Below, one piece after another: positions 1-8,268 of a stretch of DNA of 25,846 bases. Source of the stretch: an uncultured virus (IMG/VR IMGVR_UViG_3300037234_000959) (Duplodnaviria; Heunggongvirae; Uroviricota; Caudoviricetes); the IMG/VR virus record IMGVR_UViG_3300037234_000959. One strand, written 5' to 3'. How positions within the stretch are numbered: the stretch's first letter is position 1; each line of letters begins with the position of its first letter. The notes under the pieces are model-generated. The model made no database searches and was not told the origin of the DNA. It was given only the letters and a program-made list of their open reading frames with translations. The position numbers were made by a program, and so were the translations under genes.

Positions 1-30
1 AAACTTAGTATTATAGATCTTAGGTGCTCA

Positions 31-480
31 CTAGAATGGGATATCGTCGTCTTCAAAATCATCAGACCCGCCGGGTGATGAACCCTGTCTGCCAGCGGAT
101 GAACCCTGAGAGCTACCACCCCTGCTACTATCAGAAGCACCGCCGTTCCCTACCTGGCCAAGCATGGTCATGTTGTTGGCCACTATCTCAGTTGTCTGCT
201 TCTTGTTGCCGTCCTTATCATCCCATTCTCTTGTCTGGAGCCTGCCTTCAATATAGACCTGCTTTCCCTTGAAGAGGTATTCGCCGCATATCTCGCCTAG
301 CTTGCCCCATGCAACAATGCGATGCCATTCAACTTTTTCCTCTTTGTTGCCGTCTTTGCCTGTCCACCTTTCGGAGGTTGCAAGACTGAAAGAGGCTACG
401 GCTTGACCAGCCTTAGTGTATCTGACTTCCGGATCCCTTCCGAGATTCCCAACCAGTATTACTTTATTTACACCTGCCAT
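31..480 (-). CDS. ssb: Single-stranded DNA-binding protein
   Basis: [17 protein letters not shown]...[11 protein letters not shown]...[17 protein letters not shown]-fold, Gly/Ser linker, acidic C-terminus DDDIPF; AAGGAG RBS. Confidence 0.98.
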   Translation of the reverse strand: MAGVNKVILVGNLGRDPEVRYTKAGQAVASFSLATSERWTGKDGNKEEKVEWHRIVAWGKLGEICGEYLFKGKQVYIEGRLQTREWDDKDGNKKQTTEIVANNMTMLGQVGNGGASDSSRGGSSQGSSAGRQGSSPGGSDDFEDDDIPF

Positions 481-541
481 GACTTCTCCTTTTCTGCTTT
501 ATTTGAGTTTTATATGAAGAACGCTGTAGTTAAAAAAACAC

Positions 542-736
542 CTAATTCAGCCTATCCAGCATGGCCTTTGTCAGGTTAATATCCACCTTCTGCATTTCCT
601 GCAATAGCATGATGGCTAAGTTCTGGGCCGCAGTGTTCGTGCTAATATCACTCACCTTCCCTAATCCCTCAGCATTGAATGTTACTTCCAGTTCCCCGCC
701 TTCAATGTCTTTTACCTTCAGTTCAAATTCAGCCAT
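542..736 (-). CDS. Hypothetical phage protein (64 aa)
   Basis: GGAGG RBS upstream; co-directional with the operon. Confidence 0.75.
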   Translation of the reverse strand: MAEFELKVKDIEGGELEVTFNAEGLGKVSDISTNTAAQNLAIMLLQEMQKVDINLTKAMLDRLN

Positions 737-752
737 AATCCTGCAACCTCCC

Positions 753-1067
753 TTAGTCGCTTATCTCATCAATAATCTTTTGCACTCTTAATGTTACCTT
801 GTCGAGTGCGAAATAGGCCGCAATTGCACCTCCAGTTTGTTCAGAGTAACATCCGCAGGCAGCGGTTAAGGTGGGGCTGTCAATCAGCCGCTTCACATCT
901 TCAAGAGAAGCAACTAACCCAGCGCTGCTAGGGCTAGACATGGCTGCTTCTTTCTCTTTGAGGGCGGCATTCCAAGCTTCTCTTGCATTTTCTTTATGTG
1001 GTGCCGTAAAAGCTGTATCACGTTTCCATCCATACTTTTCTTTCCACCATTCATCAAATGTTTTCAT
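753..1067 (-). CDS. Hypothetical phage protein (104 aa)
   Basis: GAGGAGG RBS; N-terminal FDEWW...AREAWNAA pattern of the kind seen in small phage proteins. Confidence 0.75.
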   Translation of the reverse strand: MKTFDEWWKEKYGWKRDTAFTAPHKENAREAWNAALKEKEAAMSSPSSAGLVASLEDVKRLIDSPTLTAACGCYSEQTGGAIAAYFALDKVTLRVQKIIDEISD

Positions 1068-1110
1068 CTTCCCTCCTCCTCAGTCTAGCCGTAGAGCGTT
1101 CTATTCGGCG

Positions 1111-1614
1111 TCAAAGCTTCGGACATACAGAAATATCTATTGCCTTATACCATCCGTCCATTTGAATTGTCGCAGCATAGCGGCCAAGTGGCTTGCGTTC
1201 CGTGCTGAGGATTTTAGCACCCAGTCCCTTTGCAATGTGCTGCATCAAGTCATGGTTCCCAACTGCATCATCAATCCACGGTACCGCAATAACGTCAAGG
1301 TCACGCTCCCTGGATCCGTGCGCCCCTATGGCATACCCCACTTCCTTTGCCAGCTCACGGATACGGTCAATAGGTGGCAACCTGGGTTCATCCCATCCCT
1401 CACATGGCTCAAATGTCGCCTCTCCGCACTTCCAGCATTTAGCGCCCTCCCTGGGAGCCCTACATTGAGGACAACGCCGGGGCACCTGTTCAACATCTTT
1501 TTCGTATTTTCGGTCATCAAATATCACTCCCTCCCCGCAATATTTACATTTCCCTTTTACAATTTCATTGTCGCAAATGGCTGTCATTCTGCACTTAGGG
1601 CAGGTCATGTCCAT
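1111..1614 (-). CDS. Cys-rich zinc-ribbon protein with C-terminal nucleotidyltransferase-like domain
   Basis: Four CxxC pairs in the N-terminal half; GYAIGAHGSRERDLDVIAVPW resembles the Pol-beta-family GS...DxD motif; AAGGAG RBS. Confidence 0.6.
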   Translation of the reverse strand: MDMTCPKCRMTAICDNEIVKGKCKYCGEGVIFDDRKYEKDVEQVPRRCPQCRAPREGAKCWKCGEATFEPCEGWDEPRLPPIDRIRELAKEVGYAIGAHGSRERDLDVIAVPWIDDAVGNHDLMQHIAKGLGAKILSTERKPLGRYAATIQMDGWYKAIDISVCPKL

Positions 1615-1644
1615 CCTTCTATCTCCTTAAGTGGCAAAGCCCAC

Positions 1645-2121
1645 TTAGCTTAATCGGTTATCTACCTTTTTCCATACACGGCGTAATTCTTTTATATCAA
1701 GTAATAAGGTGGCCCTTTCTGCCGCATATTTTGCCGACTTAATATTGTTTTCTGTAGGGCTTACACAAAGGGCATTGATGACATTAATTAAAGCTAAGCG
1801 ATCGGGTAAAGACGCAGAATTAACTACCCTCCTCAATACTTCTTCGGCGGCGCGGCAGGTAACACTTTCATATCTGTCACCACCTATTAGCCGAATATCT
1901 CTATCCATCGCTTCTCTTGTCGCGTATTTTGCGTACTGCTGCAACGTATTTTCGGTGCGGCATACCCTGTCGATAAACTCTAGCTCCTTATCGCTCATCC
2001 CTGCTTTGTAGCCATTCTGATATACGGATAACTGCTTTTCTTGTGCGCAATGCGAGTGACCACTTCTTGCGAATAAAACCTCTGCGCAAATCTTTAATCG
2101 GTATAGTAATGTCAATTTCAT
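1645..2121 (-). CDS. Hypothetical phage protein (158 aa)
   Basis: GGGAG RBS; co-directional with neighbours; no recognisable catalytic motif. Confidence 0.7.
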   Translation of the reverse strand: MKLTLLYRLKICAEVLFARSGHSHCAQEKQLSVYQNGYKAGMSDKELEFIDRVCRTENTLQQYAKYATREAMDRDIRLIGGDRYESVTCRAAEEVLRRVVNSASLPDRLALINVINALCVSPTENNIKSAKYAAERATLLLDIKELRRVWKKVDNRLS

Positions 2122-2209
2122 AAGGAACTCCCTCTAACTCTTTCGTTTCATTATCCCACGCCTCAACAACTGAAACCTGGAGTCACAACTTAAACAGGTG
2201 GCTCTATAA

Positions 2210-3499
2210 TTAATATTTCAAATCTTCTAATATTATATCTGGAGAATCTAAATTCTTAAGTATTAAATTCTGAATATAAGCTACTGAAACCTTATCTCGT
2301 ATTTTAAAATCACTAGGTATTAAATAATCATCATAAAAATCGTTGAAAATATTACATAAAATAAAGTCATCAACATATCCCACTTCTATTTTCAAATCGA
2401 ACCTACCTTCACGTACTAAAGCTTCGTCTAATTTTTCAATATAATTAGTAGTAGCAATTAAAATTCTTCCGTGGATATGATGAATACCATCAATAGCATT
2501 AAGGATATCACTTAAATTAGAAATATCGAGATCGGAAAAAGAAAAACTTGCTGGTGAATCCGCCACCACTTCATGTTCTAGTGGTGGTTGCTCAGAAATA
2601 AGTTTTTTATCATTATTTTGATGATTTAAAGATTGTCTTTGTAAAGTAGCTGTACATCCATCAATGTCTTCAATAACAATTAGAGACTTTTCTGGTAACG
2701 TGAACATAGCATCTTCAATTCTACATAAAGCACTAGAACTTAAACTATGGATCTGATAACCAAGATAATGCGAAATAGCTTTTATTATAGAAGTTTTACC
2801 TGTTCCAGGTGGGCCATACAATAAAATCCCTGTTTGATATGGAATCCCTTTATCCAAATACCAATGTTCTCTCGTTTGAAAGTTATCTAGATAATTTGTA
2901 ACTTGTTCTTTAACTCCACTTTTTAAATAAATAGAATCAAAGGTTCTTGGTCTTTGTTCAGATGATATCCGCCAATAATCAGTCGAATATTTTTTAATTA
3001 CCATTTTATTATTTTTAGAGTTTGAAACAATCATTTCATTAAAAAGTAAATCAAACAATTTATGGCTTCGTCCCAAAACCGTCATAGTTATTTGGTCTTT
3101 TTCTCTATCCGTTGCTGAAGAATCCATTTGTGCCATTACTAAAAATATTGGAAATTTATTATACCAGAACCAATGGTTACCATATCCTAGTGATTTGATC
3201 AATTCATCACTTCCCCATCGACCGTTAGTGATTTTCAAATACCTTACTTTCTTAGCATGTCCACCATCCTGATACCATTTCAAAAATAAGTAAAAACTAT
3301 CATTTGAACTTGTAAGAGTAACTGTCGTGGTAAATAATCTTTTGAATGTATTAAATAAACGCTCAGGAATATCTTTACCTAAATAAGATAATACACCAAG
3401 ACCCCATAAACTAAGAGCTCCAGCAACCATTGGATAATCTTTAGCATATGCATTAAAAGCTATTATATAATCTTCAAAATAAGTATAAATAAAATCCAT
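2210..3499 (-). CDS. BCS1-like AAA+ ATPase with N-terminal membrane anchor
   Basis: GIPYQTGILLYGPPGTGKTS (Walker A), LIVIEDID (Walker B), LSDILNAIDG, ATTNYIEKLDEALVREGRFDLK (SRH). N-terminal hydrophobic helix and BCS1_N-like segments (LGYGNHWFWY, ITMTVLGRS). Much more AT-rich than its flanks. Confidence 0.85.
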   Translation of the reverse strand: MDFIYTYFEDYIIAFNAYAKDYPMVAGALSLWGLGVLSYLGKDIPERLFNTFKRLFTTTVTLTSSNDSFYLFLKWYQDGGHAKKVRYLKITNGRWGSDELIKSLGYGNHWFWYNKFPIFLVMAQMDSSATDREKDQITMTVLGRSHKLFDLLFNEMIVSNSKNNKMVIKKYSTDYWRISSEQRPRTFDSIYLKSGVKEQVTNYLDNFQTREHWYLDKGIPYQTGILLYGPPGTGKTSIIKAISHYLGYQIHSLSSSALCRIEDAMFTLPEKSLIVIEDIDGCTATLQRQSLNHQNNDKKLISEQPPLEHEVVADSPASFSFSDLDISNLSDILNAIDGIHHIHGRILIATTNYIEKLDEALVREGRFDLKIEVGYVDDFILCNIFNDFYDDYLIPSDFKIRDKVSVAYIQNLILKNLDSPDIILEDLKY

Positions 3500-3541
3500 G
3501 ACACTTACCCTCCCTAATCTCCCTATATATAAGATAACGAA

Positions 3542-5563
3542 CTAAAGTGATGCATCAGGAAAGCATTCTCCTATGCCGGCACCCTCTGCAATCTCCTGAG
3601 GATTCCCCTTGGCCGCCAGCACCTTGCGCTTGCATTTAGCACACTCATAATGCCCGTGGTGCTCCATTCCCTGCCAGTCATGCTCTCCCTTTTCTGGAGG
3701 CTTGAAAGCCGTCTTGAAATCATCAAAGGCCTTTCCCTCCCCCCTTATTCTGGAAAGGGCAATCTCGCAATACAGATCGGCATGAAGGAAATGAGGGTCG
3801 AGCCCGATGTTTTCAAAAATCATCTTGTACTTATCTTGAGACTCGTCAATCCACTCCTTACGCCTGGCAATTTTCTGGAGGTGAGTCCAAAGGAGCTTAC
3901 ATATCTGCACCAGCTCCTTTACGCCTCTTAAATTTGTTACTTCAGCGACAAGTCCACGCTCGTCCGGCTGCTCCTTCATGCGGTTAACATAGCGCATGAG
4001 GTTCCATTCAATTGCGTGGAAACGGGAGATCCGAACTCTATACTTTGATTTCGTATCTATTGACGCCTTCTTGTTGGGATCCGTCGGGCGGTCGCCCCAT
4101 ATGCAAATATCCTTGCCCCCTTTAGCATCATAAGTGTAGTCACCTAGAAACACCTTGCCCCGATGCCTACCCGCAAACTTCATCGCATCGTTATAGTTAG
4201 GGCCAGCATCAGGAACGCATACTGAAACATCATATTGTTTCATCAGCTCGCTACATCTCTCCCACGGGTCCAGGGCCTCTATCCATTCCAAGTGAACCAG
4301 TCGGGACTTCATGATTCCATTCTCTGCCTTTGGGCCCCACTCCCTTATAACAACGACATTGAACCCGCCCATCTGATCAATACCCATGGCGCAGTTAACG
4401 CCCGATGTCTTAAACTTAATGTCTGTATTAACCGTTGCCCTCAGGATCTCTTCATTAACAATCTGGGATTCGGGAGAGAGATAGGCAATGCCGAGCTTTG
4501 AATTAAAGAATTCCTGAAGGTCTGACGCCTCCCGCATGGCCGTCAACATCCTCTCTGCCGTCATGGGCTTTGAAAGGGTTTGCGGGATGTGAAAGCCTTT
4601 TATTTTAGACTTCGGGTTATGCTTTATCCATTTACCTACTCGCGGGTTGTGAATTACTTCCTTGCAAGTCGGACACATGTAGAAATAATCAGGAAGGTCT
4701 TTGTGTGCGGTCGATCCGCTTACCTTCTCAACGACACATTCAGGAAAACAGTCACTCAGGATGACGCCATCTTTGCACTTGCATGCGGAGTGAAATTTAC
4801 TCTGATAACTTCTCTTAAAGGCCTTGTCGATATTTGTATCCGGGTAGCCAGCCGTGGAAAATTTAATATTGATAGGATAAGGAGAGTGACTAATACGCTC
4901 AGTAGCACGCTCGATATCGCTGTCCATCATGCGCCTCACCTCATCAAAGATAAGGGCAAGCAGTGGCCACGACTCTGTAGAGGTAATTCCCTTCATGTAG
5001 CTAAAGATCACCTTCGACGGGCCTATGGACCTGATACTTTTCTGGTCAGTAGTTTTCTCGTCTTTCTCCGCCGTAGGATCCATGCCCCATAGCTTCCGGA
5101 TCTCAGGGATGCCCCTTGCTATCGGCTTGTATCTCTCCTGGGAGAAGTTCATCGCCATATCTTTATCCGGCAAGAAGTAACCGAAATACCTCCCCCAAAA
5201 ATAAAGGGAAAGATAGATAAGAAGAAGAAAGCCGAACACCGTCTTGCCAACCTGGGCGCCGCACATTAGCACCATCTCAAAACCATCTTCATTCTCGAGG
5301 CCATCGAACCTGACAGCTTTGTAGGGCTCAATCAGGTATTCGTGCCCTTCCCAGGTAAAAGGGTAGTTGTCCACCTTAAGGCCATCTTGACGCAACTGTT
5401 CAACAAAGTCATACAGGTTGTCCGGGATGTTCTTAGCTATGTCGGGTTTGGCTATCTCTATTGAGACGTCTTCATTCCCCGGGAGACGAAGTAGCCCCGA
5501 AAATAGAGTTAAAAAGTGATTCTGCGCTCCTGATCCTACCAAGGACTTTCCGCTGAAGGTCAT
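3542..5563 (-). CDS. terL: Terminase large subunit, GpA-like
   Basis: MVLMCGAQVGKT (GpA-type Walker A), LIFDEV (Walker B), ST motif, internal Cys clusters, GFHIPQ...FFNSKLG, nuclease MGID and DPHFLHAD; AGGAGAGGAG RBS. Confidence 0.9.
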   Translation of the reverse strand: MTFSGKSLVGSGAQNHFLTLFSGLLRLPGNEDVSIEIAKPDIAKNIPDNLYDFVEQLRQDGLKVDNYPFTWEGHEYLIEPYKAVRFDGLENEDGFEMVLMCGAQVGKTVFGFLLLIYLSLYFWGRYFGYFLPDKDMAMNFSQERYKPIARGIPEIRKLWGMDPTAEKDEKTTDQKSIRSIGPSKVIFSYMKGITSTESWPLLALIFDEVRRMMDSDIERATERISHSPYPINIKFSTAGYPDTNIDKAFKRSYQSKFHSACKCKDGVILSDCFPECVVEKVSGSTAHKDLPDYFYMCPTCKEVIHNPRVGKWIKHNPKSKIKGFHIPQTLSKPMTAERMLTAMREASDLQEFFNSKLGIAYLSPESQIVNEEILRATVNTDIKFKTSGVNCAMGIDQMGGFNVVVIREWGPKAENGIMKSRLVHLEWIEALDPWERCSELMKQYDVSVCVPDAGPNYNDAMKFAGRHRGKVFLGDYTYDAKGGKDICIWGDRPTDPNKKASIDTKSKYRVRISRFHAIEWNLMRYVNRMKEQPDERGLVAEVTNLRGVKELVQICKLLWTHLQKIARRKEWIDESQDKYKMIFENIGLDPHFLHADLYCEIALSRIRGEGKAFDDFKTAFKPPEKGEHDWQGMEHHGHYECAKCKRKVLAAKGNPQEIAEGAGIGECFPDASL

Positions 5564-6080
5564 GCGACTCCTCTCCTAAAACTTCCAACACCAGGTCGAT
5601 AAACAACCGGACCGACTTTGTATTATACGCGCTTGCCTGACACTCAAGGTATATTTTTGCTAGACTTGCCTGCTTTTCGGATATCTTAATCAAATCCTGA
5701 CGCTCGAAAGGCTTGATTTTGCCATTCTTTAATATATCTGCCCTCATCTCCTTCAAGAGATCTTGCAATATAGTACTAGACTCTACAAGCATTCCCAGTA
5801 CGTCCAGCTCGTAGGTTACTCTTTGCTCGGCGTCTATAAGCTCAGCCTTAATTCCCGATCTATCTCCAGGTTTTACCTTGCCATAAGGCTTCATGGATGC
5901 CCCAATAACAGCCGCAAGCTTCCCCCTGCTGCCCGCCTCGCTATTCAGAAGCTTTTTCCATCTCTTGGCGATGGCCACAGATGATATTTGCAGCTCCCTG
6001 CCAAGGGCTGACTTGTTGCCACCAAGCTCGCCCAGTCGCTTCATAAACGCTAAATCATCTAATTTCGGTTTGTCGTTCAT
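5472..6080 (-). CDS. Putative terminase small subunit (N-terminal HTH, helical C-terminal part)
   Basis: Immediately upstream of terL and overlapping it by 92 nt; NKSALGRELQISSVAIAKRW is HTH-like. Start moved to the ATG at 6080, which has a GGAG RBS. Confidence 0.6.
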   Translation of the reverse strand: MNDKPKLDDLAFMKRLGELGGNKSALGRELQISSVAIAKRWKKLLNSEAGSRGKLAAVIGASMKPYGKVKPGDRSGIKAELIDAEQRVTYELDVLGMLVESSTILQDLLKEMRADILKNGKIKPFERQDLIKISEKQASLAKIYLECQASAYNTKSVRLFIDLVLEVLGEESHDLQRKVLGRIRSAESLFNSIFGATSSPGE

Positions 6081-6103
6081 CCTATGTTCTCCAAATCCCA
6101 GAC

Positions 6104-6234
6104 GGTTCAACTTAAACCCTTAAGGTTCAAGGTTAAACCTTAAAACCAAACCAAAATAAAAAACCCTTTAATTTCAATAGCTTACGAATTGGTTTAAATC
6201 GACAATTTAAACCAACTCAAACCTTCCTTAAACC
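6104..6234. repeat. AT-rich direct and inverted repeat cluster upstream of terS (candidate packaging-initiation or operator region)
   Basis: TTAAACC at 6112, 6133, 6207 and 6228, inverted copy at 6191; perfect 11-bp inverted repeat TTGGTTTAAAT-cgaca-ATTTAAACCAA (6189-6215); palindrome AAGGTT-a-AACCTT (6129-6141). Confidence 0.75.
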
Positions 6235-6268
6235 ATAACACGAAACAAAACGATGCACCACTAAAGCT

Positions 6269-7000
6269 TTACATTGCCATTGTCTCACAAAAAATACCGC
6301 AGTCCTCTACTATTGGAGGATCGTCACGGCCTCTCTCTGGATCTAGTTCGTCAAGAAATACCTTTCCTTTTTCTGTGTGGATGCAGCTTGCGCCCACCTT
6401 TCTTTCCATCAGCGACCTCTTTAAAAATACCTCTGGAAAATCAACCCGTATATGGTTCCAATACGCCATCCCGCCTTTTACACAGCCGATGCAATTATTG
6501 TTTTGATACCCAAGATCATACATTACAGGCCTTTTTATGCCGCTAGCCTTTAATATCTGATGAGCCTTATCTTTATCTATCCCTCTTTCAACGAGGGGAA
6601 ATATGTGTTTTTGATTTGGCATAGACTCTTCTAGCCCTTGGCATCTGTCGGCCTCATCAGCATCCATCCCCCAGACATAATCAAACCAACAAAAGAACTC
6701 ATTTTTAGCTTCCCATTCTATTCGCACCCTCTTCTTTAAGATGTTTGTACATGGTGCACCGTATGGGCTGTTAATAAAAGACGCTCCCAATAGTGCATTT
6801 TCTACATTCTTATAAGGTGATTGCATTATCTCAACTGGCTTTCCAAACCAAGCTTCGCACTCTTTAACAAAGCGCATAGTATCGGGGTGCTGGTCTTCAA
6901 TGTGCGTGTAGATAATGTGATCTATCTTGTCTATCACGAGCTTAGTAGCCACGGCGCTTGATACTCCTGCACTAAACCATGCTATTGTTTTTGTCTCCAT
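6269..7000 (-). CDS. Phage PAPS-reductase-like (PP-loop, adenine nucleotide alpha hydrolase) protein
   Basis: N-terminal AWFSAGVSSA PP-loop variant, EDQHPD, APCTNILKK, FPLVE, NNNCIGCVKGG, C-terminal CGIFC; GGAGG RBS. Confidence 0.8.
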   Translation of the reverse strand: METKTIAWFSAGVSSAVATKLVIDKIDHIIYTHIEDQHPDTMRFVKECEAWFGKPVEIMQSPYKNVENALLGASFINSPYGAPCTNILKKRVRIEWEAKNEFFCWFDYVWGMDADEADRCQGLEESMPNQKHIFPLVERGIDKDKAHQILKASGIKRPVMYDLGYQNNNCIGCVKGGMAYWNHIRVDFPEVFLKRSLMERKVGASCIHTEKGKVFLDELDPERGRDDPPIVEDCGIFCETMAM

Positions 7001-7020
7001 CGTAAGGCCTCCTGTGCCAA

Positions 7021-8220
7021 TTACAACAATTTCCCTTGAGCCGATTCATCCGCCATCCTCGCAGCGGAAATCTCACAGGAGTGTTCGTCATTATCAATAG
7101 CGATATAGTTGCGACCTAACATCTCGCAGGCAGTTGGCGTCGTGCCCGACCCTGAATGGGGATCCAACACAACATCACCGGGGCGGCTCCCTATGGTCAC
7201 GAGGTAAGACTTCAGCTTTACCGGCTTAACTGTTGGATGATCATTCTCGATCGACAACCTTTCAAGGCCCTTGTTCTTTTCTGACTTCGCGGGCTTCGGT
7301 ACGATCAGGAAAGGGAAGGTGCTTTTCACCTCAGGAGGAAGGTTCTTCAGCCTTTCATCAAACCACCTATCGAGATCAAAGTAGCGAGAGAACGAACCCG
7401 CATCTGCAGGGGACGTGTTTGCAACCGGTGTCGGCATACCCACACAATAGCCTGACCTGTTTTGCCTGACAGTCCCCGCCTTCGTTTCGCCTGTTACCCT
7501 CACCTTTCCATCATTCAGCACGTCATCGGAAACAAGGAGGTTCGCAGGAAAGCGCCCCTTTTCATTTGGATCCCAGTTCTCATAGTTCTCATGGCAAGGC
7601 CTCTTCCACCCCTCGTTGGCTCCCTCGCTCATATAGGGATGCTCGAAACCTATCTCTGAAGATTCACGGTCTTTGTCGCCCACGAAAGGAATGGCTCCCT
7701 TGCCGAGCCAGGTGACGCCCTTGCCGTTCTTAAGCGCCTGTTCAACGAATGTCTTCTCGTCCATCGGCTTCATGGCCACAAGGACAACCTCGACGGCCGG
7801 CTTTGGCTGAAAACCTCCATAGGCGCCTTCAAAGTCTTTTGCTTTTTCTGTCTCTTGTTTTTTCTGAAGAGCCTTACTGATATTCTGAGCCTTCGGCCAC
7901 CCGCTTGCATAGGTCCAGTAGACGGATGAGAAACTTGTGACAAACCCCGCATCCTCAAGGTTAATGATCATCCTAGCCATAACATCCTGGCGAGGTGCCG
8001 ACATGATGAACGCAAAGGCGCCTGGCTTCATCACCCTTAGGCATTCCTTCCAGAGTTCGACGGGAGGTATAGCCTTATCCCACTTAAGCCCCATGAAACC
8101 ATATCCGTAATTAGGATCCGTAGCCATGAGGTCTACGGAGTCGCTTTCCAGCGCCTTGACCGTCTTTATGTTGTCCCCGTAGTAGAGCTTCCCGAGATCT
8201 GATGCGTAGAAAGAGTTCAT
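7021..8220 (-). CDS. Beta-class DNA N4-cytosine/N6-adenine methyltransferase with atypical motifs
   Basis: TDPNYGYGFMGLKWD (DPPY-like motif IV), LRVMKPG, GRFPAN, NDHPTVKP, VLDPHSGSGTT (motif I). Confidence 0.85.
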   Translation of the reverse strand: MNSFYASDLGKLYYGDNIKTVKALESDSVDLMATDPNYGYGFMGLKWDKAIPPVELWKECLRVMKPGAFAFIMSAPRQDVMARMIINLEDAGFVTSFSSVYWTYASGWPKAQNISKALQKKQETEKAKDFEGAYGGFQPKPAVEVVLVAMKPMDEKTFVEQALKNGKGVTWLGKGAIPFVGDKDRESSEIGFEHPYMSEGANEGWKRPCHENYENWDPNEKGRFPANLLVSDDVLNDGKVRVTGETKAGTVRQNRSGYCVGMPTPVANTSPADAGSFSRYFDLDRWFDERLKNLPPEVKSTFPFLIVPKPAKSEKNKGLERLSIENDHPTVKPVKLKSYLVTIGSRPGDVVLDPHSGSGTTPTACEMLGRNYIAIDNDEHSCEISAARMADESAQGKLL

Positions 8221-8241
8221 CTATTTTTGGCCCCCTACTGT

Positions 8242-8268
8242 ATTATAACCATTCTGGACACTATTCAA
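8242..8268 (-). promoter_or_regulatory. Putative sigma70 promoter for the MTase gene
   Basis: TTGAAT-15 nt-TATAAT; perfect -10 about 21 nt upstream of the ATG at 8220, but the spacer is short. Confidence 0.45.

Noticed and set aside
77..108. GATGAACCCTG direct repeat, two copies
   Set aside because: It encodes the repeated QGSS in the disordered SSB linker, which is ordinary.
871..1653. 260-aa plus-strand ORF and the other antisense ORFs in the track
   Set aside because: They are shadows of well-supported genes on the opposite strand and have no recognisable motifs.
5472..5563. 92-nt terS/terL overlap as a programmed frameshift fusion
   Set aside because: terL has its own strong RBS and ATG at 5563, and terS/terL overlaps are common.
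6104..6234. Repeat cluster as a CRISPR array or IS end
   Set aside because: The units are only 7-11 bp with no repeat-spacer periodicity, and there is no cas or transposase gene.
8261..8263. Possible TAG recoding to explain the short radical SAM gene
   Set aside because: Readthrough hits TAA after five codons, and TAG is the normal stop of ssb, which ends in the canonical DDIPF.
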